A stretch of 43,690 bases of DNA from Klebsormidium nitens (Eukaryota; Plantae; Klebsormidiophyceae): NCBI GenBank assembly GCA_000708835.1, contig DF237635.1:1-43690 (forward strand), given 5' to 3'. Shown piece by piece: positions 1 through 15,704 of the stretch. The notes under the pieces were generated by a model. The model was not told where the DNA came from and searched no databases. It saw only the letters and a program-made list of their open reading frames with translations. Each line of letters starts with the position of its first letter. Position 1 is the first letter of the stretch. The translations under genes and the position numbers were made by a program.

Positions 1-275
1 ACAGGCTAGGCTCCTAGACTCTTGCTAGAGCTCTGTTTACTAGTGTTAATATTCAACACCACGGCCCTATGCGCACTTGTACCGTATGCATGCAGCAGTC
101 TGCCGCTTTCTAGCTGCGTCGCGATCGTTGGCTCTAGATAGCTCTGCCATTGCTTCATAAACACCGAGTAGACAAGTCAGTTTCTTGAAGTTGTAATTTG
201 GAGGTCTTCTCTTTCTTCTTCCTTTGATTGTGCATGGGGATTACAGCAAGCAGATCAAGCGGACCGCGCGCGACC

Positions 276-2758
<2,483 letters not shown>

Positions 2759-3199
2759 AATGGAGTAAGTTCTTGCGGAGGTTCTTGAGGATCTCCGCAC
2801 GACAATAAAGCTTCACAACTGAATGCTGGCCGCGACTTGCATACAACTAGCTCGTGGACTTTGTTTAATGAAAGTTTCAGTCCTCGAGGGGTGTAGTCTT
2901 CAAGCGCGCGACAGTTCTCTCTTGGGATGTAAGTTCATAAGCGGTACCAACGCTCAGAGACCACTTATGTAAAGCTCTGTGCATATACATCCTCACAAGT
3001 TACTGTCCATTTGCTAGAGGGCAAGCCCTTACTCGGCGTCAGAGGTTCTCATACAAGGCCAATCTATGTTCTTGACGGTCTGACCTTAGCAACCAGGTCA
3101 CGAGATCACATGGCTCTGCACATACGCCTTCTCAGATCGCCTGCATTCGAACTTATCGCTTTCGCACATACTTGTCGCGATGACTCAATGTATGGGCAG

Positions 3200-3761
3200 A
3201 ATTATACAAGCGGAGTCAAGCTTTACTAAGATATGTACATACGTAGGACTAGGATCGAGATATGCCGATCTTGTGTCGTGGGCCACACGCGTTAGTGTAA
3301 TACATATAGTATCGATCTTGCGCCTATCAAATCATAACAGATATAATCATGCACTAACGATTATAAGGACAATCACATGGTCACGGTATACATGTGGCCC
3401 GATCGATCCTCGCGAGGATCACTGGCAGCCGGCTGGCAGTCGTACGCACATATAGTATCTACACGTGTATGCGCCGGGCGCGGCCGAGGCCGCCGCACGT
3501 GCCGTCAATGATCTGAGAATCGGGCCTCAGGCTATAATGGATTTCTGTTACATGTTGGGGTGCACAATGCGTGCACTGTTACGTCGGGCATGCACATCGA
3601 GCGGGAGTTGTGATTGGCCGCCGCAGCAACACGCATACGTACATACAGCATACATATCTCATCTATGTACGTACATGGAAGCTTAACGTACGTTAATTGC
3701 ATTGAAAGAATAGAGTCCGCCGACCCCGGGGAAGCAATGGGCCCGGGAACGGCAATCTAGT
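3200..3761 (+). mobile_element. Possible non-autonomous Helitron remnant (3' hairpin + CTAG|T)
   Basis: GC-rich hairpin GCCGACCCCGGGGAAGCAATGGGCCCGGGAACGGC (3719-3753) is followed by CTAG (3757-3760) and then T. The upstream ~500 bp is compositionally distinct and palindrome-dense. No 5' TC terminus identified; the left boundary is approximate. Confidence 0.25.
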
Positions 3762-4109
3762 GATTCAAATCTTAAGTCTCACAACGCTTAGAACACTGAT
3801 AATGCAAAGATTGATTCTGATCGATCCTAGATGCTGCAATCTGACCGTTGTTGCAATTCCGTCGAGCATTTGAAAGCGGCTTGCAAACTGAATGCGTGCC
3901 AGGCTAATATACAACAAACTCGCTTAAAATTCTACTAGTACTCATACTTAGATGATCTATCCTCCTTAGAAGTCTCTTCTTTGCTTCTTGTTTATACATG
4001 GCTTCCAGGACAGTTCTTTCGTTGCTATCAAACTCGGGGCAGTCAGCCGTTGCTTTGCTCAAGCAGAGCGAAGCTGACATTGTTGCGACCAAGTCAGCCG
4101 CTACCACTG

Positions 4110-7100
4110 TTACCGAATGGGCTTATCTCTGATCCACTTCGTTGCCACCCACTTCTGCCCTCGGACGACTGGACAACTCCCGTGAAGAGACGTCTACATT
4201 GCAACGGAGGCACAAAAGTTAGGCTGCCATCTCGAGTGAGAAGCAAGAAAACCCAGCGGGGAAAAACCGTAGGTACGCAGATAACCAAAGCAGTAAGAAA
4301 ACGTACTGGAAGCTAACAACTTGCTTCAAAACGCGTTGCTTCGTCAACCGCCTTGAAGTCGCGACTCCCAATTGGAGACAATCTGGCATGAGATTCTCAG
4401 GACAGACTAGCATGGTCTTTTCAGCATCTCAAACCTCTGAAGTGAAATCCATTTTGCTGTAACCAGGACGTTTAACTGCAACCTCGTTTATGACAGAAAG
4501 AGCCGCGAGAAAATGCCGGTCAAGGAGCCTTACCTTGTCGTACGAGCCGTTCGGCGTCAACGAGTAGAATAGCAGCCCGTCCCCTTTCCTGGGCTTTACC
4601 TTCAGCCCTATGCACGCCTGGAAGTCATACCCACCGTCCATGTTCTCGCCGTTCTGTAAACACAACAACACTCTTGTGGTTTTCAGAACCGGAAGGTACT
4701 TAGAAGGTCTATTGAAAGGAGAGACGTCGTCGGGTTGCATCCGAGTAGGGGTGTTCTGAGGGAACCAATGCCAGACTCCTCTAGCTTGTTGTCTGGTGGA
4801 TTCGAAGCCAAGGGCTTTGTTCAAAGGGAGCAATGCTCAAACGCATCGAGAAACGCGTCGCGTAGCACAGCAAAAAGAAACTTGTCAAAGACTCGTTCTT
4901 CCTTTTCTCTCCGACTGCGGTCTTTGAATATCGCATGCTCTAGATTGAAGGGATCAGGTCCTATCAAATCTCGTGTTTCCATCTGTGAGGTAATGTAGCA
5001 TCTTGAGCTCCTAAAACGCTTGCCGCTTACTTCATACGGGAACATGGTCTCCCCGCCCTCCTCCACGTCACTCAGGTACAGCAGAAACGATGCCATCTGC
5101 AGTCGAGACTGTGATTGTCAGTCCCAGTATTTACTCACAAAAAGGCGCCGGGGAACCCAATTTTGAGTGGCCTCTTCGGCCAACGCTCCGCTCTGGCGAT
5201 TGCTCAAAGCAGCAAGTGGTCACGGATTGGCAGCAACACTTAGACGCACCTCAGAAATCGCTTAGCGCTGGCAAATCACCTGGGCGGACGCTCTCTTTAT
5301 GAAGCAAGGTTGAATGTTTACAAGCCGCAGTATGCCCTGGACTTGAGGTTCAAAATCAGACAAAAAGAAACAAAGCGGTTGAATAACCGACTAGCGGCGA
5401 AGGCATCTTGACCGTTCGCGCACCCAATCGGACCCGCTTCGCGCGTTCCTTCTTTCGATGCAGATAGTTTGACGCACACTCTCCATACTTTGGAGGAACT
5501 GTTGAAACCCTTCGTAGGAAATACTACTTCACCTAAGAGGACGAGACTAATTCCATAAATATTGGTACTTTCGACGCTGGCATGCGTCATGGGAAGTTCC
5601 TCCATTCCAGCGAGTCAAAATCTTCGAAAACGAGCTCAAGCACCGGTTTCAGAAATCGCGACGTCTTACCCGTTGACTATCCTGCGGCCCGTATTCGTCC
5701 GTGGCAAAGTAGTCGTAATGACTGTTGTACTTTTGTCCTATTTCGTATCGAAGCACGTTGAAAGCCTGCAAAAGTAGAGCGGCTCAAGCTTGCAGGAAGA
5801 CCAGGACGTGTCCGCGAGCATTGTTTTGAGATCGTGACAGAAGTTTGGATTCGATTAACGGGATGGTCGGAAGGCGCGTCCGGGATGTTTCTGCCCGGAT
5901 GCGAAGTTTTTGCAGTGGAGTTTGACGAAACTTGGAGCGAAGATAATACGGAACAGCCACTCCTTTTAAAAAAGGGTTGAAGTACTGCTTAGACCATCTG
6001 CAACTGCCAAGGAGAAGGTTCCGGAGCGGTCTATCAGTTATGAAGGGCTCTTAAAACAAGCAGACTTCAGAAAGCCAAGCTTTTCTGATGAAGGCGGCAA
6101 CATGTGAAAGCGATGACCTTCTTCTTAGCACTGGGAGGCGTATGGATATGTGCAACTAAGGCTCGTTCGTTGTCCGCGAAACACGACAAAATTTGATGCG
6201 AGACCTCTTTCTCAACTTTCAACATGGTCAAGATCAACTCTAAAACGCCACTCTCTTACCCTTGAAAAGTGTGGATTGGTACGGATTGGAAAGTTACTCG
6301 GTGTGCTTGATTGTTCCCGAACCAGGAAAACACAAACCGGGTACTTGTTAAAGCAAGTGCGCTAACACTCACCTCTCCATGCTCGATCGGAATCATCGTC
6401 GCCTCTGAGATCGCCCTCTCAACCCAGTCCAACGAGCCCGTTACATCCTGATGCGCAGCAAGAAAAGTCCCGGAGCTGCACAATTGGTGACCAATGAGAG
6501 TTTGCATAGGGTTTGCGTCATAACAAAATTGATGGATTTGTGTCACCCGAACACGTTACGACCTGTCAGCCAACACTTTTTTGCTGTACGTGGACAAAAG
6601 TATTCAGGTCTTTCCGAATGTCGTCTTTGGCCACTCTCCGACAGAGTCAAGTTTCGAAGGCAGCTGTCCGTACAGAGCTTGAGAAGGCAATAAAACGTCC
6701 ATCGCTACTCAGGGCTCGGTGATACAGCGACATTGTTTGGCAACGGCGGGAATTTCAACGGCCGCATTTAAGAGACAAGAGCCCCGTGCTCGAACTGTGA
6801 CTGGTCTGAAGGAGCTCTGCAAATGATGAAAGAACCGCAGAGAATCAATAGCTCATGCTCGGTCTCTCGGGCAACTCGAAGCTTACAGTAAAAGTAAAAG
6901 CAGTTCCCATCCACAGGTAGGAAGCTGCCGACTAAAAACTCCAGTATGAACAGAGGCTTCGTCGGAATCACTAAAGAGTCACCTTTTGTAGGTCATCGCT
7001 CCTCTGTAGTTTAACCCAACAAGCAAAGTGCTCGTCAGGTGAAAACTGGAATTCCGGCCAAGAGCCAATTCTAATCGACCTTGATCCGGGAAAGTCGTAC

Positions 7101-8973
7101 AAAGGAAGGTCAGTGATGCACAGAGCTGGGTGGCTTTCTGGTGACCCCACATTCTGAAGACGGGTAAAGAGCCGTACCTTGTCCGGATATCTTTCGTCGT
7201 CTCATCCGTCTCTCCTTTCCGCAGAGCCAAGCCTGACGGTGCGAGCTGCTTCTCAGCGAGCTTCACTATCTCGTCACACTTCTCAGGGGGCGTAAAGTTT
7301 CGGAAAAGTACAGCTCTCGGCTTGAAGCTGAGAACCTGTGTAACAGACAACGGACGATCAGCCAACGAAGGAAAGAGAGGGACGACGCGGCCAACAAGAG
7401 ATGATTTCACAGTATGAATGGATCTTGCCATTATGACAGCACTTGAAGTTTCATAGAGAAACTCGGCAGAAACGGGATGCAAGTGAACCAATTCTTTTTG
7501 GAAAAACATGTAAAAAGTAGCAATCTTTATTAAAAACGCAAGACCTCCCTGCACTGCTACAGTAATCTAAATATCAACCAAAGCAGAACAACCAGGAACT
7601 TGCACCCCAATTGTCTTCGAAAGCCGTTCCTTCTCAGTTTGTTGGCAAACGAAGCGTGTCTGCAGGATAAAGAGTATCCGCTTTCCTAATAGGATAATCT
7701 GAACTTGATGTTGGTAAGCCTACTTTACAGCGGCAACCAGAAACACTCCCGTCCTAGCTGTGCAATCGAGCGCGAACATTTGTCGAAGAAAAAGGATTGA
7801 ATCAAAAGCCCCTGAAAGCTGATGTAGAAAGTTGCAAGACATATGAACCAAACCCAAGCTGTAGTTTGGGGTTTTCATTCTGTGTTCGTGGCTACCGGTT
7901 AGGCACACGCAGGTACTTACCTGGTAGTCAAATCGGCTCAGGTACGTACGCCCTGTGTCGGTGACTGGCAAGATCTCTGGCTTTGTTTCCTCCGCCTGCA
8001 GACTGGCTAGTTGCTCCTCAGACACAGCTTCGAGCTTCCGCCGACCAGAGTACTCATGAGGTTGTCCCACGGCAGGCTGCAAGAATGATTGCTAATCATT
8101 GTCTCAGATGTAGCAGCGCAATCAGCGACGCTATTCAAGGTTGTGGACTCCTAAGAGCAAGAAGCGATGTCAAAATGCCTTCATCGCGGCAGCCATTCCT
8201 GCTTTTGGGGTGGGTGATTGGACCGCAAGGCCTAGAAAAGTCCTGTCAAGGTTGGACACGTGAAAAACTTGATAATTCGTCCATTCGTGTCTCTGGGAAC
8301 AGCTTTCTAAGATATCCTCTCTATTCATATGGGTGATAGCTTCACTTAGGAGAGGTGAGACCAGACCTCACATGTGGTGGAGAGTGCCAATCTGACAATT
8401 CTGCACGACTGGAAACAGACTAACTTCTTAAAGGGCTCAAGTGCAGTTGATTCAACTATCTTGGAAGTTCAACTTGGCCTCAGATGTCAAGGGTGAAGCA
8501 TCTTGTCTTCAGACCGTGTCAGGGGCCACGCTCTGACATGAAAGGGCTGTTAAGCACCCTCTAGATCATTAATATGAATATGGTTTGGCTTTTTCAGCAT
8601 TTAAGAAAGCTGATGACGTTATGTGACATGACCGTACAAATTGTTTTCAGACAGCTGTAGCTGAAAGTCTCACACCAATCACTTTAGAAGTCTGCATTGC
8701 TCATCAAAGTGCAACAAAGCCCAGGGTTTCCGAACCATCTTGCTGACGCCTCCCAGAAGCTGCCCAATCAGAGACCAAACTCTACCAGCAATCAGTTTGG
8801 CAATCTGCATCACACCACTAAAATGTAAGCAAAGAGTCTCCGACCCAACTTACTGACGCCACCTGACGCTGCCCGATCAGAAGGCCGCACAGGAGGCTGC
8901 TGCAGCACAAGGCCAGGACCACAGGCAGCTTGAGCTTCACAACCCTGCTTGTCTTCTCTCTAGGTCGGGCCAT
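4110..8973 (-). CDS. P4H: Prolyl 4-hydroxylase (2OG-Fe(II) dioxygenase, plant P4H family, type II membrane), 300 aa, 8 exons
   Basis: Minus-strand exons 8973-8854, 8076-7921, 7335-7178, 6475-6373, 5765-5670, 5096-5031, 4653-4534, 4193-4110 (903 nt, phases consistent). N-terminal TM segment LPVVLALCCSSLLCGLLIG. Family motifs VLSFKPRA, RTSSGTFL, AFNVLRYEIGQKYNSHYDYF, MASFLLYLSDVEEGGETMFP, TSLHGSCPV..GQKWVATKWIR, including the His-x-Asp...His iron ligands and the 2OG-binding Lys. Confidence 0.96.
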
Positions 8974-9806
8974 GCGCTGTGATTTGACCACGCTGATGAG
9001 CTCCAAACCCTAATGCTGGACTTTGAAGCTTGCAGGAATATGTTTCTGGATAGAAATGCTGCTCTTATCCAGCCACGAAGAGGATGTGCTGAAGCCTAGG
9101 GGAGTGCCAAAGACCTGTACTTCCACCCAATTCTACGTGATCAAAGATGTTCCCCCCTCAATCGTTCCTCGGCGTCTGTGGTGGCTGCTGAACGAGCTAG
9201 CGAAGAAGGTCGCCTTTGCTCAGCTGGGCAATGCACATATTGCATTCCAGCGTCTGAAAGTTCTGTTTTCTGAGCGCCCTACTTTTCAACCTTCTGACTC
9301 TGACCGAACTGCACAGCCAAGCAATCGCGCTGGTTCCGGTCTGGTTCCGGTGGCTAGCTGAGCTTCAGACGTTTCAGAACTTGAAGGGCCTTGACAAGGC
9401 CTTGCGATGTGGGGCGTCAATGTAACGCTACCCGAAAAGCTGGTATTAACGTTACGTAGCACGACTTGTGTTCCACATGAACGGCACCCTTCCTGCCGGG
9501 CAATTTAGGTCTTATATGTAGAGGTCTGAGGGATGCACAGCCCTGGCGGACATGCAGATACGGTACTTGGAACTTGAAGGGAGCGCCTGCTGTCTCTGAG
9601 AGCGCCTGCTTGCCCTCTCTGAATTGGCCTTTTGTTCTCTGGGTTTCTGCGAGAAGGGGCTTTAAGTTTCAGAAGGTTTGCGCGGACAGAGCACGGAGAC
9701 TGGCAGTGTAAAATTGACAGAGAGACAGAGGGGATCGGCATACGCACACCCCTAATTGGGCCTGCATTCGCATCTTGGTAGCCTGCCGCTCACATGCTCG
9801 AGCAGC
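8974..9806. promoter_or_regulatory. Probable bidirectional promoter between head-to-head P4H and PP2A-A
   Basis: Start codons are 833 bp apart in divergent orientation. Telo-box AAACCCTA at 9005-9012, TATA-like TATAAG on the minus strand near 9515, site II-like TGGGCC near 9758. Motif function is inferred from plant promoter knowledge. Confidence 0.5.
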
Positions 9807-12800
9807 ATGGCGCAAGTGAAAACGGTTGACGAGCCTCTTTACCCCATTGCAATCCTCATCGACGAACTCAAGAACGATGACATCCAGCTTCGGCTGAATT
9901 CGATCAAGCGGCTCGGTACGATAGCAAGGGCTCTGGGGGAGGATAGGTCGCGCAAGGAGCTCATTCCGTATTTGACAGAGAACAACGATGATGATGATGA
10001 GGTGCTTCTTGCCATGGCTGAAGAGCTTAAGGGGTTTGTCCCCTATGTTGGGGGCGTTGAGCATGCAAGCTGTCTGCTGCCGCCACTGGAGACACTCTGC
10101 ACGGTGGAGGAGACGGTCGTCAGAGACAAGGCTGTCGAAGCGCTGTGCAAAATTGGGTCGCAGATGAAAGAGCACCATATTGTGGAGCACTTCATCCCGC
10201 TTATCAAGGTGAGAAAGTATGGCAGCACGCAAGGATTCAAGCACACGTAGTGCAGTGAATGCAAGCAAGCCTTTGCAAGCTTGCTTTGTGTGCCGGCTTC
10301 TTGCGCTTCCAGAGGTATCTGCATCAAGAAGTTTCTAAGCAGCTTGGGCCTAACCTGTTGCATTGAGCACATTGACCAGACCTGTTGCTCCTTATTCTTT
10401 GAGCTGCGTAGCTGTTTCACATTCAGATTGCTTGAGTCTATTTAGCAAGGTTGATTCTATTGGTCATGTTAAATGCAGTTTTAGATGCAGCAGAACGGCA
10501 GCAGCAGTTTGGGTAAACATTAGGGAACAACCTGTTGGTCTGTGATTGCTGATTGGCTTGCAGTCCGAGGCTGTAGCAGGAGTGCTGGTTTTGGCTTCTC
10601 TCTTCCCTTTGGAAGCTGGATCAGGTTCTCTGTTTCTTACTAACAATGAACAAATCAATGACTCTCCTTACTCGAAAGCGACGTCAACTTTGCATACTTT
10701 CCTTGACCCCAGATTTTTAAGCTTGCTGCTTGTAGTGCAATGGATGTGATTCGCAACAAAGATTGCATCAGCTTTAGCAGGTGGCGCATTTGAACCTGCA
10801 AGTTTCCGCTGAATGAGCTCTGATGCTTTCGAAGATTGTCGCATTCAGTCCTTGTGATCGTAGTACACCCAGCTTTAGCTTACTCCGCAATCTGATGATG
10901 CATTGAGTCAATGAATCCGTCTTCTTACCTTTGCAGCGATTGGGCACTGGGGAATGGTTCACCGCACACGTTTCAGCGTGTGGCCTCTTCCACATCGGAT
11001 ACCCCAGCGCCACTGACCCCCTGAAAGCGGAGCTGCGGGTCCTGTATGGCCAGTTGTGCCACGACGACATGCCGATGGTCCGCCGTGCAGCCGCACTCAA
11101 CCTGGGGAAGTTTGCTGCAACGATAGAGCCGCAGTACCTGAAGGGCGAAATTATGATGTTCTTCAAAGATCTCACACAGGATGGTAAGCGGACTCTTCTT
11201 TCAAATGGCAACCTGTACATAGTTCTCCAGGGTAATTCCACAAGAACTCTGTGGCAGGAGAAAACAAGCCCCAAACTTGCGGAGCTTGTCTAGGAAGCTG
11301 CTCATCCTTGTTGTTGGTACTGCTTGCTGTTATTTATGTTGCCAGCTGCAAGGGCGGTCAGGAATCCCAGTTTTAGGAGGCGCGCCAGTTCTAACATAGA
11401 AGATTGGCTCGCAGATCAAGACTCGGTGCGGTTGCTGGCTGTGGAGTGCTGCGCCGCTCTTGGCAAGCTGCTGGAGCGACAAGACTGCGTGTCGCATGTG
11501 CTCCCAATAATCATAGCCTTTTCACAGGTGAGCTGCAGTAGCTCATCTGCTTGCAATATTTCCTTGACAAAAGTGTGGCTGAAGACTCCACCCCGTGTTG
11601 GTTTAGATTGGGCTTATCTGGAAGCTTTTTGCCAAGGAAAATCGAATGGATTCAGAGCCTCAAAGCTAGCGATACCTTCTTGCTAATCAGGCTGGCAGCC
11701 TGGCTTGGAGCATGATCATTGCTCAGAGCCAGTTTGTAGACCCGTTGCAAGTTTCTGCTTCATACTATTTGTCTGTCAGACCGATTGAGTTATCAAATTG
11801 AGCAACATCGGTGACCATATGGAGCCTCCGCTGATACAGGACAAGTCTTGGCGGGTACGATACATGGTGGCTAGCCAGTTGTACGAATTAGCGGATGCCG
11901 TTGGCCCTGACCTCGCCAGGTAAGTACACATCTAGTGTTGTTTACTCTACCCTTTCCTTGTAAGAGGACCTGCAGATCTTGGCTTTTGCGAAGGTTGCCT
12001 CCTGGCAGCTTCTATTCGTGCGCAGTAGCACAGCAACCCGTCTGAGCAGCTCACGCGTCTGTCCACGTCATGTGGCACGTTTAGTGCTGAGCTTATGTTT
12101 TGGTACTCATGCATTGCCTTTCTTTCAGCTTACGCAGCGCCGACTTTCTGACTTGCTTCATGTTGCAGATCGGAATTAGTGCCCGCTTACGTCCGCTTGC
12201 TAAAAGACAACGAGGCCGAAGTTAGGATCGCCGCTGCTGGGAAGGTAGCCAAATTCTGTGGCATCGTCACCCCGCAGCAGGCTCTGTCCACCATTCTACC
12301 GTGTGTGAAGGTGAGACTGCTTTCAGGATGCTATCCAAAGCTGCCAAGTGCAAAGTAGATATACTTCTTAAACAGAAAGCTCGGCGAACAATAAAAGCTC
12401 AGGCAAAGGATTCAGAGAACCGAAGAGTCAATGCACCTACCCTCGTAAGCGTTCCTACCGTTATAGCCGCACGAGCTTATTCTTGATTGTCCTCAGAAGC
12501 ATGAGCGACGACCTGCTGTTAGTCTGCCTGATCGCACCTGCTTCGTCTAATGCTTGCAGGAGCTGTCGACGGATGCTTCGCAGCACGTCCGTGCTGCACT
12601 CGCGTCAGTCATTATGGGTTTAGCCCCCGTCCTTGGAAAGGTAAATCCACAGACCGCCAGTAGCTCACTATCTTGCGCAGCAAGTCGTCAAAAGCAAAGA
12701 TTCTTGACGTGATGTCGCTGACATTCTTTTCGAGAAGGACACTTAAAGGCCGAGTCTTTGCATCTTCTTCTCGGTGGCTGTGTCCTTAAAGGCCGAGTCT

Positions 12801-15704
12801 TTGCATCTTCTCCTCAGTGGCTTTGGTTGTAATGATCGATGTATGCCCGGTTGATCGACTTCAAGCGCCCAGCGCGGGTTGACAACAAGGTTTCAAGCGC
12901 TTTGGATGTGCTACCGGGTTCCTTCTCATGGGGCTCGCTCCTGTTCAGTGTAGAAGCTGAATCCGTTTGAGTATGCTGATCGCGGTCTTCTCTCTTGGCA
13001 GGAGGCTACTATCGACCACCTTCTACCCATCTTCTTGGCGCTCCTGAAGGACGAGTTCCCGGACGTCCGATTGAACATCATTAGCAAACTGGACCAAGTG
13101 AACCAGGTTAGCCTTCGTTCGAGGGCGCTATGGGCGCGCAGCAGAACGGTCTGCAAGCAGTCTGCTCGTTTGTTCGCCCTGCTTCCAAATTGGAAGTCCA
13201 GTGCTCCTTCCAGTACATTTCGATTTGCAGGAACGTTTGCCTTGTCGGATGCTGCGGGCGCCAGATATTTACTGCTCCGATTTCTTTCACAAAGGTTCAA
13301 TCTGCACTTTGCAGAAGGGCGCTCACTCGACCTCCCGTCCGACACTTCATCTTTCAGTATCTGAAATTTCCGAGATTTTTCCTTTGAGACCCGTGTTGGA
13401 TTTCATAGAAGCATAAGGAAAAGCCTGCAAGGAGCACCCGTCCGCCCCTCCAGCTTCTTGTTTTCTGAAGTCCTTTTGTCCTGCGCTTATCCGTGCACCA
13501 ATCAAAGCACTCTGTGCTCTCTCGACTTGCCTCCTTCCCGGTTTCCCTTTTCTAAGCGCTCACTCGGGTGAAAACCCTTAACGGAGTACACCTCCCGGCT
13601 TTTCAGGTCATTGGGATCGACCTCCTGTCCCAGTCGCTCCTGCCGGCGATCGTCGAGCTGGCCGAGGACCGGCACTGGCGCGTCCGGCTAGCGATCATCG
13701 AGTACATCCCGCTGCTCGCCAGCCAGCTCGGAATGGACTTTTTCGACGACAAGCTGGGGTCGCTTTGCATGCAGTGGCTGGGGGATCAGGTGCACTTCGT
13801 TCGCGGTTAAACGTGCAGGTTTTGTGTCATCAGGCAGGTCTGCAAGCAAACGTTGAATCGCTCCTATCTCTATGCCTGAAGGCGGCCTGTACCCTCATCA
13901 CCTCTCTTATCCCAGTTAGAAGCGTCCTCTTACCTGGAGGTTTCATTTCAACATGTGAAGAAATTTACTCTTAGAAGAACCCCTGAAAGCGGAATATGAT
14001 TCGGGGGTCGTCACTTGATCAGAAAGTGGAATTTGCAATGCGCGGTTGTCTTCGGACTCGGATGGACCCTAGTCCCTGGCTACTTGCGGCACCTTCAGCA
14101 GTCTTCTTAATTTCCACTCAGGCCCTACGCCCAACTCTTCCCGCGCCTGTATTCATGTTGACGGCCAGCTTTCTGGTTAAAGCTCAGTGACGCGTGTATC
14201 TCTTGGTTCTTTTCGAGGAGAAGTGTATTTCGTGTCCTCATGGGGTCGCTTTCTGCTTAACAGGTATACTCGATCAGAGACGCTGCGACCGTCAACCTGA
14301 AGAGGCTCGCCGAGGAGTTCGGATCGGAGTGGACGCAGACCCACATCATTCCGCAGGTGAGCCGTCGATCTAGAAACTGATTGTTCGTGACTCACTCGTT
14401 CAGCTCTCTCTGCTGCGAAACACCTAGGTAGTTGCCGGCCCGAAGCCGAGGTCCTGAGCTGATCTGACGATCTGGAAGCAGGATCAACTTAGTTGCTTCC
14501 GCCGACATCGACTTCTCACGGCCTGTCTCGGTTTGGGTGGTCGGTTCTCGTAACTGCATCTTTCTGGTGCCACCTTTGACAGTGCTTGCAGGCATTTCTA
14601 CCACGCTGTTGACTGACCGAACTCTCAACACCACTTTCTCCGCTGCATCAGGTCCTCGAGATGATCAGCAACCCGCACTACCTGTACCGCATGACGGTGC
14701 TGTACGCCATATCCCTCCTGGCCCCCGTCGTGGGCAGCGAAGTGACGTGCCAGACCATGCTGCCCGTCGTCCTCAACGCTGCAAAGGACAGGCAAGCACC
14801 TCCAGCTTGCTCCTCGCCTCATCGTCAAAATACTACTCTGTTTGATTCTAGAATCCGAACTGAGGTGCCGTTGGTTTTGGCTGTGGCCGCAGATACAAGT
14901 TGGTGAACCCCGTCGAGGGCATAATCGAAATGAGACAGGGTCGCTCTTTCTGTTGGTGGGTTCTAAGATACGGCTAGTTTTGTCAAGCCTTGAAGCTACG
15001 TCTTGCAGCAGCTGTCCCCGATTTGTCGCCCCCAAGGTGCTTGTGCTTTACGTTGTGTTCTCATTCCTTATTTTTGTGATTGCGGTCCATGCCTGGATTA
15101 ACCTTCCATTGAGGGCTGCCTTGAGTTGCACCATTTCTGTGTACTCGAACGCTTTCTGAAATTCGCTCAAGCAATTTCGAAGTGTCCGACATATCTGGAC
15201 TTGCCAGCGTTTGCTCAGAAACACTCAAGAGCTCGACTTTGAAAGTGCAACCTACATTTTGCAGGGTGCCTAATATCAGGTTCAACGTCGCCAAGATGCT
15301 GCAGTCCATCATTCCTGTGGTCGACTCGACGGTAAGAATTCCTTTTGCAAAAGCCGTTTACTGATCAAGAATACGGATCGGAATTAAGCAAGCTTTTCCG
15401 TTTGGCAATCTGAGGAACCAAGGCTGGATAATTTGAGACTGAATATTGCCTGCATAATCTGTTGACGTCAGCTTTGGAGGTCGCTCGGTCTTGCTTGTCA
15501 TTTGCCGATTGACTGCCATCGGAAAGGTTGAAAGGCTCGCAACTGAAGCTGTTTTGATCTTCCTAAATATTGGCGGTCCTTGTCCAGGCTGTGGAGACGA
15601 GCATTAGGCCAGCTCTTGTGGAACTCAACGAAGATGCCGACCAAGATGTGCGCTTCTTTGCTAGTCAAGCCTTGCAGAGTTGCGATCAAGTCATGAGCAC
15701 TTGA
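9807..15704 (+). CDS. PP2AA: Protein phosphatase 2A 65 kDa scaffold subunit A (HEAT repeats), 589 aa, 12 exons
   Basis: Exons 9807-10208, 10937-11183, 11415-11527, 11840-11919, 12169-12310, 12560-12640, 13002-13106, 13607-13789, 14264-14356, 14652-14791, 15265-15331, 15588-15704 (1770 nt). Hallmark sequences [83 protein letters not shown]. Intron 10 has a GC donor. Confidence 0.98.
12742..12822. repeat. Direct tandem duplication (43 bp period) in PP2A-A intron 6
   Basis: CTTAAAGGCCGAGTCTTTGCATCTTCT is identical at 12742 and 12785, followed by similar tails (tctcggtggct / cctcagtggct). Confidence 0.9.

Noticed and set aside
3796-3850. Box C/D snoRNA-like pattern (CTGATAA…CTGA…CTGA)
   Set aside because: The C box has two mismatches, the terminal stem is misplaced, and I recognise no rRNA guide complementarity.
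6979-7554. 191 aa ORF taken as a whole
   Set aside because: Only 7335-7178 is a P4H exon; the rest is open intron bounded by clear splice sites.
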